A stretch of 64,000 bases of DNA from Octopus bimaculoides (lineage: Eukaryota): assembly GCF_001194135.2 (NCBI RefSeq), contig NC_068985.1, positions 123,471,976-123,535,975 of the forward strand. Direction: 5' to 3'. Of the stretch, positions 50,237 to 64,000 are shown piece by piece. A model generated the notes under the pieces. It saw only the letters and a program-made list of their open reading frames with translations. It did not search any database and was not told where the DNA came from. The position numbers were made by a program, and so were the translations under genes. Within the stretch, counting starts at the first letter, position 1; every line of letters starts with the position of its first letter.

Positions 50237-50690
50237 TTCTCTTAATGGCAGTCTTCTGTGTTGGCATGGGTTGGGGGGTTCTACAGGATCCAATGGCTAT
50301 GAGGACTGCATCATGCTCCAATGTCTGCTTTGACATGGTTTCTGTGACCAGTTGCCCTTTCTAATACCAACCATTTTAAAGAGTGTACTGTGTTCTCTTT
50401 TTTCTTTTTTGTGTGACAACAACACTAGTGAAGTTGTTAAGTAGTCATGAGACTAAAATCCTCATCAACTGAATGGGGCTGCGGTAGAGACGAAGGCAGC
50501 GTAATGTTAGATGATGAAAGATTGGAGATTGGGCAGGAAATAGAGGTGAATGTCTGTGTCATGTACGTGTGTGTGTGTGTGTGTGTGTGTATTTATGTAT
50601 GCTTGTTGCAATAAGTCTCACATCAACCTCATGGATTACATCTCAACCTGCTCAAAGTGTTATTCACTGAAAATACATGAAAATTATGAA

Positions 50691-50827
50691 CTTGCTTACA
50701 AACCACATGGTTCTGGGTTCAGTCCCACTGCGTGGCACCTTGGGCAAGTGTCTTCCACTATTGCCTCGGGCCGACCAAAATCTTGTGAGTGGATTTTGTA
50801 GACAGAAACTGAAAGAAGCCCGTCGTA

Positions 50828-50874
<47 letters not shown>

Positions 50875-51095
50875 ATGTGTGTTTGTGTGTCTGTGTTTGT
50901 CCCCCCCACCATCACTTGACAACCGATGCTGGTGTGTTTACCTCCCTGTAACTTAGCGGTTCGGCAAAAAGAGACCGATAGAATAAGTACTAGGCTTACA
51001 AAGAATAAGTCCTGGGGTCGATTTGCTCGACTAAAGGCGGTGATCCAGCATTGCCGCAGTCAAATGACTGAAACAAGTAAAAGAGTAAAAGAGTA
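50691..51095 (+). mobile_element. SINE family B, near consensus
   Basis: Colinear and near-identical to 13985-14363. Confidence 0.9.
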
Positions 51096-52102
51096 ATTAC
51101 AAATTAATTAGGGCTTTGACATAAATCTATTGTAAAGACATAAAATGGTAAGAACCAATTTTTGGTATGCCATATCCAAGAAACGTGTCTTATTCATATC
51201 TTCAGACAGTATCAAAAAGATTATGTCCCTTCTGGCTTGCATATACTTGGCAACTGATTACATGGCATTAAATATACAAAAACCAACTAAAACAAAGAGT
51301 AGGTTTATACCCAGTTGAGTTGTACTATCTTTTGAGGCAATGACTACCTCAAAAATATGTTCAACTTTAATTACATTCTTGGGAGCATTATCTATGTGGT
51401 AATAACACTCACATGAACTCTACAGAGAACAGCACAGCTTATGAAATTGAAAGTACAGAGAGATTGATTATAGATAATCATAAATTACTTAGGATTAGAT
51501 AAATCTAAAGTAAAGAAATAAAATGGACAGAACTAATCTTTTACCATGTAAAGGAAATATGCATAATCTTACCTCACATTTCTCCTCCATCACAAACATG
51601 CTTCTCTGATTCTTCATGTCTTTAGGCAAAAAATCCTTTGTGGCCAGCATAAATACAACAATAAAGGGTAGTATAAAACATTTGTTAAATAGCAACTGAA
51701 GATTGTGTTCACCTCTTCTAGTATTAGTAGTTGTAGTAGTTTAGCTCAGGTCATCCTTGACTGAGCAAATCTATGATCAAAAGAATGGACTAAAGAGAAC
51801 ACATGGAATGGAGAGTTGCTGAAGAGGTCACAGGATGTGACACAATAGATTTCAGACAAAGGACACTAAAATAAAGAAGCATCAGTTGTGGTGTGCAAGA
51901 GAGACGATTGTGTTGGTATGGTCATGTGGCGAGAATGGATGATGGTGGTGGTGGTGGTGGTGGTGTACTCCTGTAAATACTGAGCCCAGCAAAAATAATA
52001 GAATGCTTTAGACTCAAATGTCTTTGATCATATTGTTATATTCAGGGATTGTAATTGTTTTTTTATTTTATTTTTTGCCAAATAACCACGCAGACTATAT
52101 AC

Positions 52103-52480
52103 TGCCGCTGCTGCCGCCGTCGTCGCTGCCGATGCCGTCGCTGCCGCCGCCGTCGCTGTCGCCGCCNNNNNNNNNNNNNNNNNNNNNNNNNNNNNNNNNN
52201 NNNNNNNNNNNNNNNNNNNNNNNNNNNNNNNNNNNNNNNNNNNNNNNNNNNNNNNNNNNNNNNNNNNNNNNNNNNNNNNNNNNNNNNNNNNNNNNNNNNN
52301 NNNNNCGCTACCGCCATCGCTGCCGCCGTCGCTGCCGCCGCCGCCGACGCCACTGCCGCCGCCGTCGCTGCCGGCGTCGCTGCTGCTGCTGCCGCTCCTG
52401 CAGCAGCTGCCACCGCCTCCGTCTCCACCACCGCTGCCGTCATCATCATCATCGTCACCACCACCATCATCATCATTGTT
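52103..52480. repeat. GC-rich cryptic trinucleotide array (GCC/GCT/GTC grading into CAC/CAT), spanning a gap
   Basis: Directly visible; continuous with the (CAT)n tail of a minus-strand family D element at ~52480-52610. Confidence 0.9.
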
Positions 52481-53107
52481 TAACATCTACTATTCCATGC
52501 TCATATGAGTTGAGTGGGATTTTCTATTTCTGAATGATGCTCTTCCTGTCACCAACGCTTATCTGTTTCCATCTAAGCTAATATTTCCCCATGACTAGAC
52601 ATGTTTCAGAAAATTGGAGAGAAAGGACACTGCTCACAACTATTGTGCAGTATCATGATAAGGAGACAGTAACATGCACATACAAACATGCTTACATATA
52701 CATAAATGCATATACATATACATAAATATACACATGCACACACACACATACACACATATAAACAGACAGACAGACGGACAGACAAATAAATAGATACACT
52801 TATTTTAGTTTCCATCTACCAAATCCACTCACAAGGCTTTTGTTGGCCCTGAGCCAAGATACTTTGTAAAGGTGCCATGCAGTGGGATTGAACCTGAAAA
52901 CATGTGGTTGTGCAGTAAACTTCTTACCACACAGCCATTCCTGTAACTATCCAATATCTAAAGGGTACTTTTCTTGCATGATGACTGACCACGTACACAC
53001 TTCCTTGCAACTAATTGTAGGATCAACAACTTGTATGAATCCTTGGGCATGAGCTTGGGCTTGGGCTTGAAATATTACTTGCCACTCATACATACTGACA
53101 CACAAAA

Positions 53108-53161
<54 letters not shown>

Positions 53162-54072
53162 TCATGTAGTTGTTCTACAAATACTTAATTATCTGAATGT
53201 GAAAACCACAAAAATCCTATCACAGACTGCAGCCCATTAATGTATAAATCCAGTTGAAAAAAACCCAAAAAAACCCTGCAATTCTTTTGTTTAGCAATAA
53301 TTGATTATGTATAAATTTCAAATCTCAACAAATAAATGAAGTTTGCACACTTTTATTTTCTTAAACACCACTCCTAAACCTATTAAGAAACTTATTCATT
53401 CTAACTTCATCTTAATAGATATCTCTGCAAAATTTGCACACGAACTCTTTGAATGCAGATAAGTGATAACTCTTTGCTTGAATGGGCTGCAGACATTCAT
53501 TTATAAATATGTGAGTCATTAATAGACTGTACAATGAAATTAGCTGAGTGGACTGTGCTGCACCCAGCTGAAATCTAAATATCAGTCCTGCAAGAAAGCT
53601 TCTACATTGCCATTTGATGTGTTAAAAGCAAGTCAGTGATGGAGCCTCTACATCAGGCATGGATAACCTTTGTCAAGAAGCAGGCCACATAAGACAAAAC
53701 TCATCATCAAATGAGCTACACCACTAAAATAATTGTGGAAATTTCTTGTTAGGCATACCATTCAGAAAGTCCCATGGGCTACAGTTTGTCCACAAGTGCT
53801 CCATATGGTTGCTCAGCTTCCTGGAAATAACAACCAGATCTCTCTCAAATCACACGTTAAGGAAGGACATATTGGATACTGCAGTCATCACTGGAATGCT
53901 TTTGATCAAAAGCAACTTGGATCTTAATAACAACAATCTAAATAAGGTTATATAATGATGATGATGATGATGATGACGAGATGCATAAATTGATACATAT
54001 ACATTATATATATGTAGTATAGACATAACACATATACGTATACATATGCATGTATGTGTGTATTTGTGTGTA

Positions 54073-54119
<47 letters not shown>

Positions 54120-54288
54120 ATATATATATATATATATATATGTACTTTCCGTATTCCCGAGCGTCATACTAATATATACTTTTGTTATTTACACCACCTG
54201 TCCTCATCTGTTGTTATTATTTGTATATTCTCCCATATATATATATGTATATATATATATATATGTGTATATGCTTGCATGTATGTAT

Positions 54289-54542
54289 GGACTCTCACTC
54301 AGAGTAAAAGGCAGACTGTATGACGCATGCGTACGAACAACCATGCTACATGGCAGTGAAACATGGGCTGTAACTGCTGAGGACATACGTAAGCTCGCAA
54401 GGAATGAAGCCAGTATGCGCCGTTGGATGTGTAATGTCAATGTGAATACCTGTCAGAGTGTAAGTATCTTGAGGGAAAAGCTGAACATTAGAAGCATCAG
54501 TTGTGGCGTGCAAGAGAGACGATTGCGCTGGTATGGACATGT
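54289..54542 (+). mobile_element. RTE LINE ORF fragment (post-RT region), stop-free, running into a gap
   Basis: Translates GLSLRVKGRLYDACVRTTMLHGSETWAVTAEDIRKLARNEASMRRWMCNV...GVQERRLRWYGH. Confidence 0.9.
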
Positions 54543-55171
54543 NNNNNNNNNNNNNNNNNNNNNNNNNNNNNNNNNNNNNNNNNNNNNNNNNNNNNNNNNN
54601 NNNNNNNNNNNNNNNNNNNNNNNNNNNNNNNNNNNNNNNNNNNNNNNNNNNNNNNNNNNNNNNNNNNNNNNNNNNNNNNNNNNNNNNNNNNNNNNNNNNN
54701 NNNNNNNNNNNNNNNNNNNNNNNNNNNNNNNNNNNNNNNNNNNNNNNNNNNNNNNNNNNNNNNNNNNNNNNNNNNNNNNNNNNNNNNNNNNNNNNNNNNN
54801 NNNNNNNNNNNNNNNNNNNNNNNNNNNNNNNNNNNNNNNNNNNNNNNNNNNNNNNNNNNNNNNNNNNNNNNNNNNNNNNNNNNNNNNNNNNNNNNNNNNN
54901 NNNNNNNNNNNNNNNNNNNNNNNNNNNNNNNNNNNNNNNNNNNNNNNNNNNNNNNNNNNNNNNNNNNNNNNNNNNNNNNNNNNNNNNNNNNNNNNNNNNN
55001 NNNNNNNNNNNNNNNNNNNNNNNNNNNNNNNNNNNNNNNNNNNNNNNNNNNNNNNNNNNNNNNNNNNNNNNNNNNNNNNNNNNNNNNNNNNNNNNNNNNN
55101 NNNNNNNNNNNNNNNNNNNNNNNNNNNNNNNNNNNNNNNNNNNNNNNNNNNNNNNNNNNNNNNNNNNNNNN

Positions 55172-55238
<67 letters not shown>

Positions 55239-58200
55239 TACATATATACATTATATACTTATGCATTATGTGTATGCATGTGCACTGAATATATGCATTG
55301 ATTTCAGAAGATAAATGACTTATTAAAAATAGTCTATATTTTTGTACTAAATGAATGAATGAATGAACAAAGTCTTCTGTGGACAGACAACACACTCTTC
55401 TTTTCCACCTGAGAAAGAAATACAATAGATGAATTTTTTCCATTGAATATCCAATTGTACTTACAGATGGATGGTTAATTGTAGCATAGAGAAAGGAAGA
55501 TGGAAATTTCCATAATTAATTGATTTTTAAATATGAAAATGTAAAAATCCTTGAACACTGGGTGAGTTGTCTAGTATAAATCTGTGAAGAATCTTGCAGA
55601 GCAATAATAATTGAAGCTCTTGAAAACTGAGTCCATTAATGCATGAATTCTCTTTTACTTCATGTCTAGCTTGCTTATTTATGTCGTTCCTAATCTTTTT
55701 CAGTTTTCTTCTCAGATGATATTCATTTTTATCAATGGTGATATTGAATTAGATCTACCTACCTATCTGTTTATCTTCTTCCATGCATATCTCTCTTTAG
55801 CCTTTATATTGAACATTTTGAGCTATTAAGGTAAATGTTACACAGCCTCTTGAATAATTTTCCAAGAATCTACACATTTTGAGTTATACCAATATTCAGA
55901 TAACTTGTATCATAGCCAAACATTACAATGATTTTTCTCATTCCTTTGTAGCCTAATCTTTATCAAATCTTTTAAATGAAAACTTTTATTGTAAGCCAAC
56001 ATAGCATAGTGCCAAAAACTATTTTCCGATGCAAAGAATGCCTTAACAGAATTATATTTCTTATCTCTTGCTCCAAACTACTTCAATATACAATGCAGCA
56101 CATTTCTATAGACCAGTTTTCCATTAGATATATCACTTAAGAATCACTGTTTTAGCATATAATCATACTTCAAGGAATTCAAAGTGAAGTGATACAGAAA
56201 ATGATAAACAATGATTGGAACACATAGTTGGAAATTTGAAGATAATTGTATAATTGCAGCCCATTGGAACAAACTTGATGGAAATATTAGAAATATGTCT
56301 TGTATTAATATATTTAAGATTAATTCTTTGAGAATATTTATTAAATATCTTTTTAAAATGAAACCCAGTTAAGATCTTAAAGAAGAATTCAGGATTAAGA
56401 GACCATGGTAACTGTAATACACAAGTAACCTTTTCTCATTGAAGAAAATGAAGAGAACAGAGAACATTTCTTTCCTCATTATATAATAGTTTCTCTCATT
56501 CATAAAGAATCTACTTAGAATACAAGAGTTTCAAAAGTCAGATGGAATATCATTCTCACCATCCTCTTCTTCATCATTGAACATGCTTGTTCCATGCTGG
56601 CATGGGCTGGACAGTTTGACAAGCGCTGGCAAATTAGAAAACTGTATAAAGTTCTACTGTATGCCTTGGTATGGTTTCTACGGCTGGATGCTCTTCTTAA
56701 TGCCAGCCATTTTACAGGATGTAACCACTAAACAAAACAATTATGGACATAAAAAGAGGAAATATCATAAAAAATGCTATTTCTGGTGATTAGCAGAGTA
56801 CAAATATTTGTAATTCTTAAAAAATTAAAGATGAGAATCCAAAAAGAAAAATATTGGAGATGCTGTATGAATGAAATAAGTTATGTGAAACTGAGCAGGC
56901 TAAATGGGTGTCATATTTTTAGCGTATGCCATTTTTTTCATTGTAACCTCTGATTTTATCAATGAAAGAATTAGAAACTAGATATATAGGTGCAGGCATA
57001 GCTGTGTGGAAATAAAGGTGCAAGTGTGAATGTGTGGCAAGAAGTTTACTTGCCAACTACATGGTTCTAGACTCAGTCTCTACATGGCACCTTAGGTAAG
57101 TGTCTTCTACTATAGCCTTGGGCTGACCAAATTCTTATGTCAGCTTTCTAACAAAAAATAAAAATTGTCAAATAATGGCACAAAATGAGCAGCTGTCAAA
57201 GTTTACCGTATACCTTACTACAAATTTCATACTTGATGACCTAATACCAAATTGGTAATGACCATCCTTGAAAAGGAGTGGGCTTCATCAATTTAAAAAA
57301 TATTCCATAGCTATGTTGTATGTTTTGATACACTTGATTCCATCCAGAATTGAATGACTAAAGACCAATATTTTCAAGTGTCATCTAACTTATCTTTTTC
57401 CAAGATTCCATGTAGATATATAATAAACCAAAATACTCCACATACTTTCACCTGTCATTTATCATATCTAGTTGTGAGTTCAAATATACTATAAACATTC
57501 TACTGTCTTACAGTTTGTTTCCCATTGATCAACTTTACTTAGCTGTAAGAAATAGTTACCAACCTTAGGGTAAAAATAAATGACAGATTAGCATTGTAAC
57601 CTTCTGCTTAACTCTGCAGAAACCAAATTTGAGCACCCAACTGTATTCATATACATCAGCAGTTTCTATGCATTTACCATCACAGACCATTATGGCAAAC
57701 AAATAAATTTTAATGAGTCCTTTTTTAATAAAAAATACTTTAATTAAATAAAAATAGGGCATGCATGATGCTTGATACTTTTCTTGGGAAAACGTAAGTA
57801 TAGTATATTCCTGAACATTGATTCCAGAAGTCTTATTTAAAATAGTCTATAATTTTGTATCAAATGAATAATTGAATGATACAACTGCTTTAGTTAGGAA
57901 AAAAAATGTGAACCACTGATCCATTAGTGCAAAGTTTTTATAGAAATTCAAAGAGGATGAGGAACTTTCTAAGATCCAGTATTTTATTGTGCTATCAGGA
58001 GTTGGCAAAAGATTCTTTAAATAGTCATATTTTGCAAAGATATAGATGCAGATATTTTACAGCTGGCATTCAATAAGTCTAACTGCGACATCATGATCTG
58101 ACAACAGTATCTGTTTCTAGCTGGGTTGATGAAATAAATCCGCAGCACTGTGGTACAATAAATAAGAACTCTGACATCATGTAAATTAGACTGAAATTTT

Positions 58201-58903
58201 GGGATTGTAATATCAGCTAAAGGAGATTTTACAGATTTGTTTCCAATTTTCTATAATTGTATGATTGAAACTTGTAAAATTGGATGTTTATATATCTGAA
58301 AAATATGGAGCAACTAAATACTTGTTTTTCCTCATATAAAAAAAGGGAAATAGGTTGATAGAATTATTAGACATTCAGTCAAGACATTTTTATGTTGTCT
58401 ATTCAAATTCTGTTGAAATTTTTTTTGCTTTCCATCCTTCAGGGTTTGATTAAATAAGGTACCAATCAGGTACTGGAGTTAATTTAATCCACTATACCTT
58501 TTTCTAAATTTATAGCATTGTATCAGTCAACCATGAAATAGGTGTGAAACTTGTATATCAAGTAAGCTGTCATTCAAGCTTACATACATCATCTAGGAAT
58601 CAAGCATATGTGTATATATAAAAGTTACAGTGTCTCGGGTCAAAGAGAAAACCAACTGAAACATCGTGTTCGTAAAGATATAAAAGATTACATATCCTTT
58701 TATATACAACTTGTTTTTGTTTATTTGAAAAAAAATTATCTGCAATGCTGTTATACCTAAGGAATTTATTTTCCTGGGAACAGTTTCTGCTAAGTTAATA
58801 TGTAAAACAAAAAGACAAAATAAGTTTATAAGGCACTGACAGAGTTGGTGACTTTTAAAAATGGTATGCAGGAGTATTAAGAGGAATTTTATACATACAT
58901 ACA

Positions 58904-58939
<36 letters not shown>

Positions 58940-59204
58940 GATAAGAAAATAAATGGAGTAACAACGATTAGAAGTTGATCATTGGTATTAATTATAGTTT
59001 AATTGTAGTTAAAAAAACATTTACAGCTGTTTCAGTTTGTTATNNNNNNNNNNNNNNNNNNNNNNNNNNNNNNNNNNNNNNNNNNNNNNNNNNNNNNNNN
59101 NNNNNNNNNNNNNNNNNNNNNNNNNNNNNNNNNNNNNNNNNNNNNNNNNNNNNNNNNNNNNNNNNNNNNNNNNNNNNNNNNNNNNNNNNNNNNNNNNNNN
59201 NNNN

Positions 59205-59246
<42 letters not shown>

Positions 59247-59471
59247 GGGTTAGCTTTGGTCAAGAATATCTATGATATATATATATTCTAAGTAGAGTAG
59301 GCTCAGCAATATTATATTAGAAGAGGAGACAGACTAGAAGAAACTTTTGCTGGACCAGGATTTATGGTTTTACAATGCTGTTCGCAAATTGTGTTGAAGA
59401 AGGTTCAGCTGCTGCATTCTGGTAGTTTGTGAGATTATGTAAAGTCTACAGTGTTGTATGTTGTCTATTTG

Positions 59472-60404
59472 ACTGAGGACTGGTGAAACCGGATGGCAAC
59501 ACCAGGCTCCAGTCTGATTTGGCAGAGTTTCTACAGCTGGATGCCCTTCCTAACGCCAACCACTCAGAGAGTGTAGTGGGTGCTTTTACGTGTCACCCGC
59601 ACGAAAACGGCCACGCTCGAAATGGTGTCTTTTATGTGCCACCCGCACAAGNNNNNNNNNNNNNNNNNNNNNNNNNNNNNNNNNNNNNNNNNNNNNNNNN
59701 NNNNNNNNNNNNNNNNNNNNNNNNNNNNNNNNNNNNNNNNNNNNNNNNNNNNNNNNNNNNNNNNNNNNNNNNNNNNNNNNNNNNNNNNNNNNNNNNNNNN
59801 NNNNNNNNNNNNNNNNNNNNNNNNNNNNNNNNNNNNNNNNNNNNNNNNNNNNNNNNNNNNNNNNNNNNNNNNNNNNNNNNNNNNNNNNNNNNNNNNNNNN
59901 NNNNNNNNNNNNNNNNNNNNNNNNNNNNNNNNNNNNNNNNNNNNNNNNNNNNNNNNNNNNNNNNNNNNNNNNNNNNNNNNNNNNNNNNNNNNNNNNNNNN
60001 NNNNNNNNNNNNNNNNNNNNNNNNNNNNNNNNNNNNNNNNNNNNNNNNNNNNNNNNNNNNNNNNNNNNNCGTACGCATGCGTCATACAGTCTGCCTTTTA
60101 CTCTGAGTGAGAGTCCCTTTGTCGCCAGCAGGGGTAAGAGCTCTCTAAACTTTGCCCAGGCTATTCTTATTCTAGCAGCTACACTTTCAGCGCACCCACC
60201 CCCACTACTAACTTGGTCGCCCAGATAGCGGAAGCTATCGACTACCTCTAGTTTTTCACCCTGGAATGAGATAGAAGTTGTTTCCTGTTTGTTTGCAGTC
60301 TTTATTGCACCTGAACATCTGCCACAAACAAAAACTAACTTGCTAGTTAACCTGCCTTTGATGTTGCTGCACCTCTTATGTGTCCATAGCTTGCACCGGG
60401 TACA
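59472..60404 (-). mobile_element. RTE LINE fragment spanning a gap: ORF piece 60070-60404 plus family D segment 59472-59651
   Basis: Stop-free minus frame CTRCKLWTHKRCSNIKGRLTSKLVFVCGRCSGAI...VVDSFRYLGDQVSSGGGCAESVAARIRIAWAKFRELLPLLATKGLSLRVKGRLYDACVR. Continuity across the gap is assumed. Confidence 0.85.
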
Positions 60405-60456
60405 AGCAAAATAGCAAAATAAGTATCAGAATGAGTAAATTCGAACGGGTAAAATT

Positions 60457-60493
<37 letters not shown>

Positions 60494-60786
60494 ATAGCAT
60501 TAGAGGAATTATGTAGTTAAGAAGTATTAACAAGAAGTAGTACGTGTTATCACATGATGGAGAATCATTTCTGTTTGAAGGATTTCTTTTTTAATACTGC
60601 AGAATTAAGTACAATGTAAGGCAACATTCATAAAGATTTAGGAAATAATTTTACAAAAAAAGACTTGTCTCTAAATAATTTTTGGTATTTTACTGAAGGT
60701 GGCATAACTTGCCACTACTATAACAGTTATGCTCTACTTTTTGTTTTTCTATCATCAATCTTTAAGTTTTTGCTTATTTGTTTGTT

Positions 60787-60789
<3 letters not shown>

Positions 60790-60837
<48 letters not shown>

Positions 60838-60886
60838 GTCTCTGTCTCTGTCTCTGTCTCTCTCTGTCTCTCTCTCTGTCTCTCTG

Positions 60887-60920
<34 letters not shown>
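60790..60920. repeat. Complex (CT)n/(CTGTCT)n microsatellite
   Basis: Directly visible. Confidence 0.95.
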
Positions 60921-60926
<6 letters not shown>

Positions 60927-61324
60927 TCCATTTGCTTTCTTCATATTTACCTCTTCCTCTCACAAACCATTCTCAGCTCCTTTCTGAAATTGATTATTTG
61001 GTTCAGAATTCCAGTTTCTATCTCAGTCCATTTAGCATCATTTGGCACAGAGAAAAATTTATGTCTGGTCTGATTATAAGCTAAAGTTTCATCTGAAAAA
61101 ATCATGTCCAGTTTCTTTTCTGTTTCCAAATCATCTATCTATATATTAATATATACATAAAGATTTATGAGTCTAATGGTCACTAATTAACTGACTTTTA
61201 CTTAATTTATATATACATAGATGCTAATGTTCACAGTATAGCCATGAAAACAGCAGAAAGATTGAGTATTTTACCATTATATGATGGAAAATGTTGTCAG
61301 CAGACAACTATAGATGTTCTTATA

Positions 61325-61406
<82 letters not shown>

Positions 61407-61678
61407 CGCATGTATATAGTTTTGAGAGCTGGATATAATGAATAGTGGACAAGAGGTAGATGGATGACCAATGATGATGGGAGAGAATGTAAGATGACTT
61501 GGTGGTTCAATGGGTGGTGGCAATGTAAAATGTATATGGTGAGGACAATATTAAGGATATGGAATGATTATCAAGTGAAATCATTCCAAGTAGGAGGAAA
61601 GATTAATAGCATGAAGAAAAAATTGTAGCTAGAAAGATGTGGTGTTGTGGAGGAAATTTAACAAAGTGCCCAGCTGTG

Positions 61679-61772
<94 letters not shown>

Positions 61773-61994
61773 ACAAATAAAAGGGTAAAGGATTATTAAT
61801 TTATTAATAAATTAATAATTTTTACCAAGCACTTCGGTATGTAAACACCGTTATCGGTAAAGAACTTATTTAAAAGTTCTTATAAATTTATAAACATAAA
61901 TAAGGGATCAGCAACAGTTGCTTCACCGCATACCGAAGTTCAGAAATAGCAGCTAAAGTGCTAAAACTCCAACAGATGTATATATATATACACA

Positions 61995-62086
<92 letters not shown>

Positions 62087-62181
62087 TATATATACTTTTA
62101 ATATATGGATAAAATATTTTTCTAAAGAAAAATTTTATCAGTGGCCAGCATATCAAAATAACTTTGAAGGTGAAAATATAA

Positions 62182-62507
62182 ATAATTATAAATAAGGGTA
62201 AAAGAAAAAATTTCTATGCCGATATGCTGAAAAATAGACTTTAAAATTGCTTAACCACATACAAAATTTTTCACTATAAATACACAGCATGCTGAAACAG
62301 GGAAAGCAAGCTATCAGAAAATTTTAAAAATTCATTATTCCCAACCAGAAAGGTCAGGAATAACGAATTTGATCAGGAATAATGAATTTTGAAAAATTTC
62401 TGATAGCTTGCTTTCTTTGTTTCAGCAGACTGTGTATTTATAGAGAAAAATATTGTATGTGGTTAGATGATATTGGCATAGGAAATTTTTTCTTTTGCCC
62501 TTGTTTA

Positions 62508-62514
<7 letters not shown>
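62182..62514. repeat. Long foldback (inverted repeat): arms 62182-62341 and 62376-62514
   Basis: Arms are reverse complements with scattered mismatches and one ~20-bp indel; the spacer is 34 bp. Confidence 0.85.
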
Positions 62515-62539
<25 letters not shown>

Positions 62540-63091
62540 GGTAAATGATAGGATTGCTTCAATATCTCAGGGGTAGTCTGAAGTATCCAAGCAACCAGGG
62601 GATATTTAAATCCCTCTTCACCAAAACTTAGGGTTACTCCTCTTTACTAACACTGCCAGTGCTAAAAGTTAAAGACACATGCCTCGATTCTGAAAACAAC
62701 CACATGTGGAATGCGTCTGATTAAGATTGGAACTACGAGCTTAAATAGCACCCACCCTACTTCCCCTTCCAGAAAGACTAACACAACTTCAACTAAAATG
62801 TAAGACTAGCTTTACCTAATGCTATTCATATACTACCATATGCATTAATATATCCACTAATTGTTTCTCCTGCATCTCTCACACCATGAACTCTAACATA
62901 CTCTTCAACATTCTGAAGAGATCTGCCAAACCATTTGGCACATCAAAACGTACGTAAATGACTCATTATATAATCTCCACATAATTAAATCAAGGGCTAA
63001 CTAGCTGAGTTGACTTGCTTCTTATTGTGTTTGTTTCTCCATTCTCCACATAACTCTATATGTATATATATATACACACACACATACACAG

Positions 63092-63122
<31 letters not shown>

Positions 63123-64000
63123 TTTGAAATCATGATACCAGGTTAATTGGCATTCCTTCTTGCAGTTTTGCAGAGGTATGACGCAATCATTATGCACTTA
63201 GTTTTTTTCCAAGCATGCCTGTGAAAATCAAGTGTTAATTTTTGCAGCTTCAGAGCATTTTCGACTCCTATTTTTAGCAAAGCTGGTGCTTCATAACGCC
63301 CTTGTTATATATAATTTTTATTTCATGTGAAGAGATCTTCACAATTATTCAAGCATGCCTCATGGAAGTGATGGTACCCATCTACATTTTCAAGGAGATT
63401 ACACAATTTTGCATGAGACTAAACAGTTCATGGGAGGTAACTTATAAGAATCTCATAATTTTTATCCCCCTTGCACCAGTCTTGGATTTTCACAAGAACA
63501 TGCATTCACCAAAGATTAATTAAATCCTTAATTATCTTATTTAAGAACACTTTGCATTTAAATTTGCATTTAATGGAGCTGCTTGAAACGGTCGTACTGC
63601 ATCATCTCTTGATATCCTGTTGCTTATTTTGATTTTATTCACCTTACTTTGAGTTGTACGGATAAAACTGCATTGATTTGATGCTCCAACTGAAGTACCT
63701 AATTCAACTGAATCTAAATTATTTCTGGTATATATATATATATATATATATNNNNNNNNNNNNNNNNNNNNNNNNNNNNNNNNNNNNNNNNNNNNNNNNN
63801 NNNNNNNNNNNNNNNNNNNNNNNNNNNNNNNNNNNNNNNNNNNNNNNNNNNNNNNNNNNNNNNNNNNNNNNNNNNNNNNNNNNNNNNNNNNNNNNNNNNN
63901 NNNNNNNNNNNNNNNNNNNNNNNNNNNNNNNNNNNNNNNNNNNNNNNNNNNNNNNNNNNNNNNNNNNNNNNNNNNNNNNNNTGTAGAAAACAAATCCTAA

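Noticed and set aside
52018-52533. Poly-Ala/Arg/Gly ORFs on both strands
   Set aside because: Explained by a stop-free triplet repeat plus an N gap; no splice context or domain.
54046-55443. Longest ORFs in the track (up to 422 aa), and similar ones at 16.3, 59-60 and 63.5 kb
   Set aside because: Artefacts of N-runs and microsatellites; the only real coding content is RTE fragments.
55300-58900. Isolated splice-like signals and an ~80-codon open minus frame near 58000-58250
   Set aside because: No consistent exon chain and no recognisable protein.

Overview
This is AT-rich, microsatellite-dense metazoan genomic DNA from a gapped draft assembly, with six N-runs. The repeat families look like those of Octopus, but that assignment is recalled and not searched. 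One protein-coding gene is well supported: twinfilin on the + strand, with nine coding exons traced from 13090 to the TGA at 36462-36464. They give 1022 coding nt in one continuous frame, covering two ADF-H domains and the FAKPKGP tail. The start-codon exon was not found and probably lies upstream of the window. The frame is restored best by an AT-AC minor-spliceosome (U12-type) intron at 15819-19004, which has 5' ATATCCTT, a TCCTTAAC branch point 12 nt from the 3' end, and a CAC terminus. Other notable items are three minimal type-I hammerhead-ribozyme-like motifs on the minus strand inside Penelope-like repeats, and a ~720-bp copy of the twinfilin 3'UTR, including an AATAAA, duplicated into the last intron. 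The rest is transposon debris: tRNA-derived SINEs, RTE-clade LINE pieces with a PHD-like finger inside the RT region, a decayed mariner, hAT- and piggyBac-type MITEs, and a long foldback element. No gene was found in 37.5-64 kb. I do not see a demonstrably new biological system; the U12 intron, the ribozyme motifs and the UTR duplication are the best leads.
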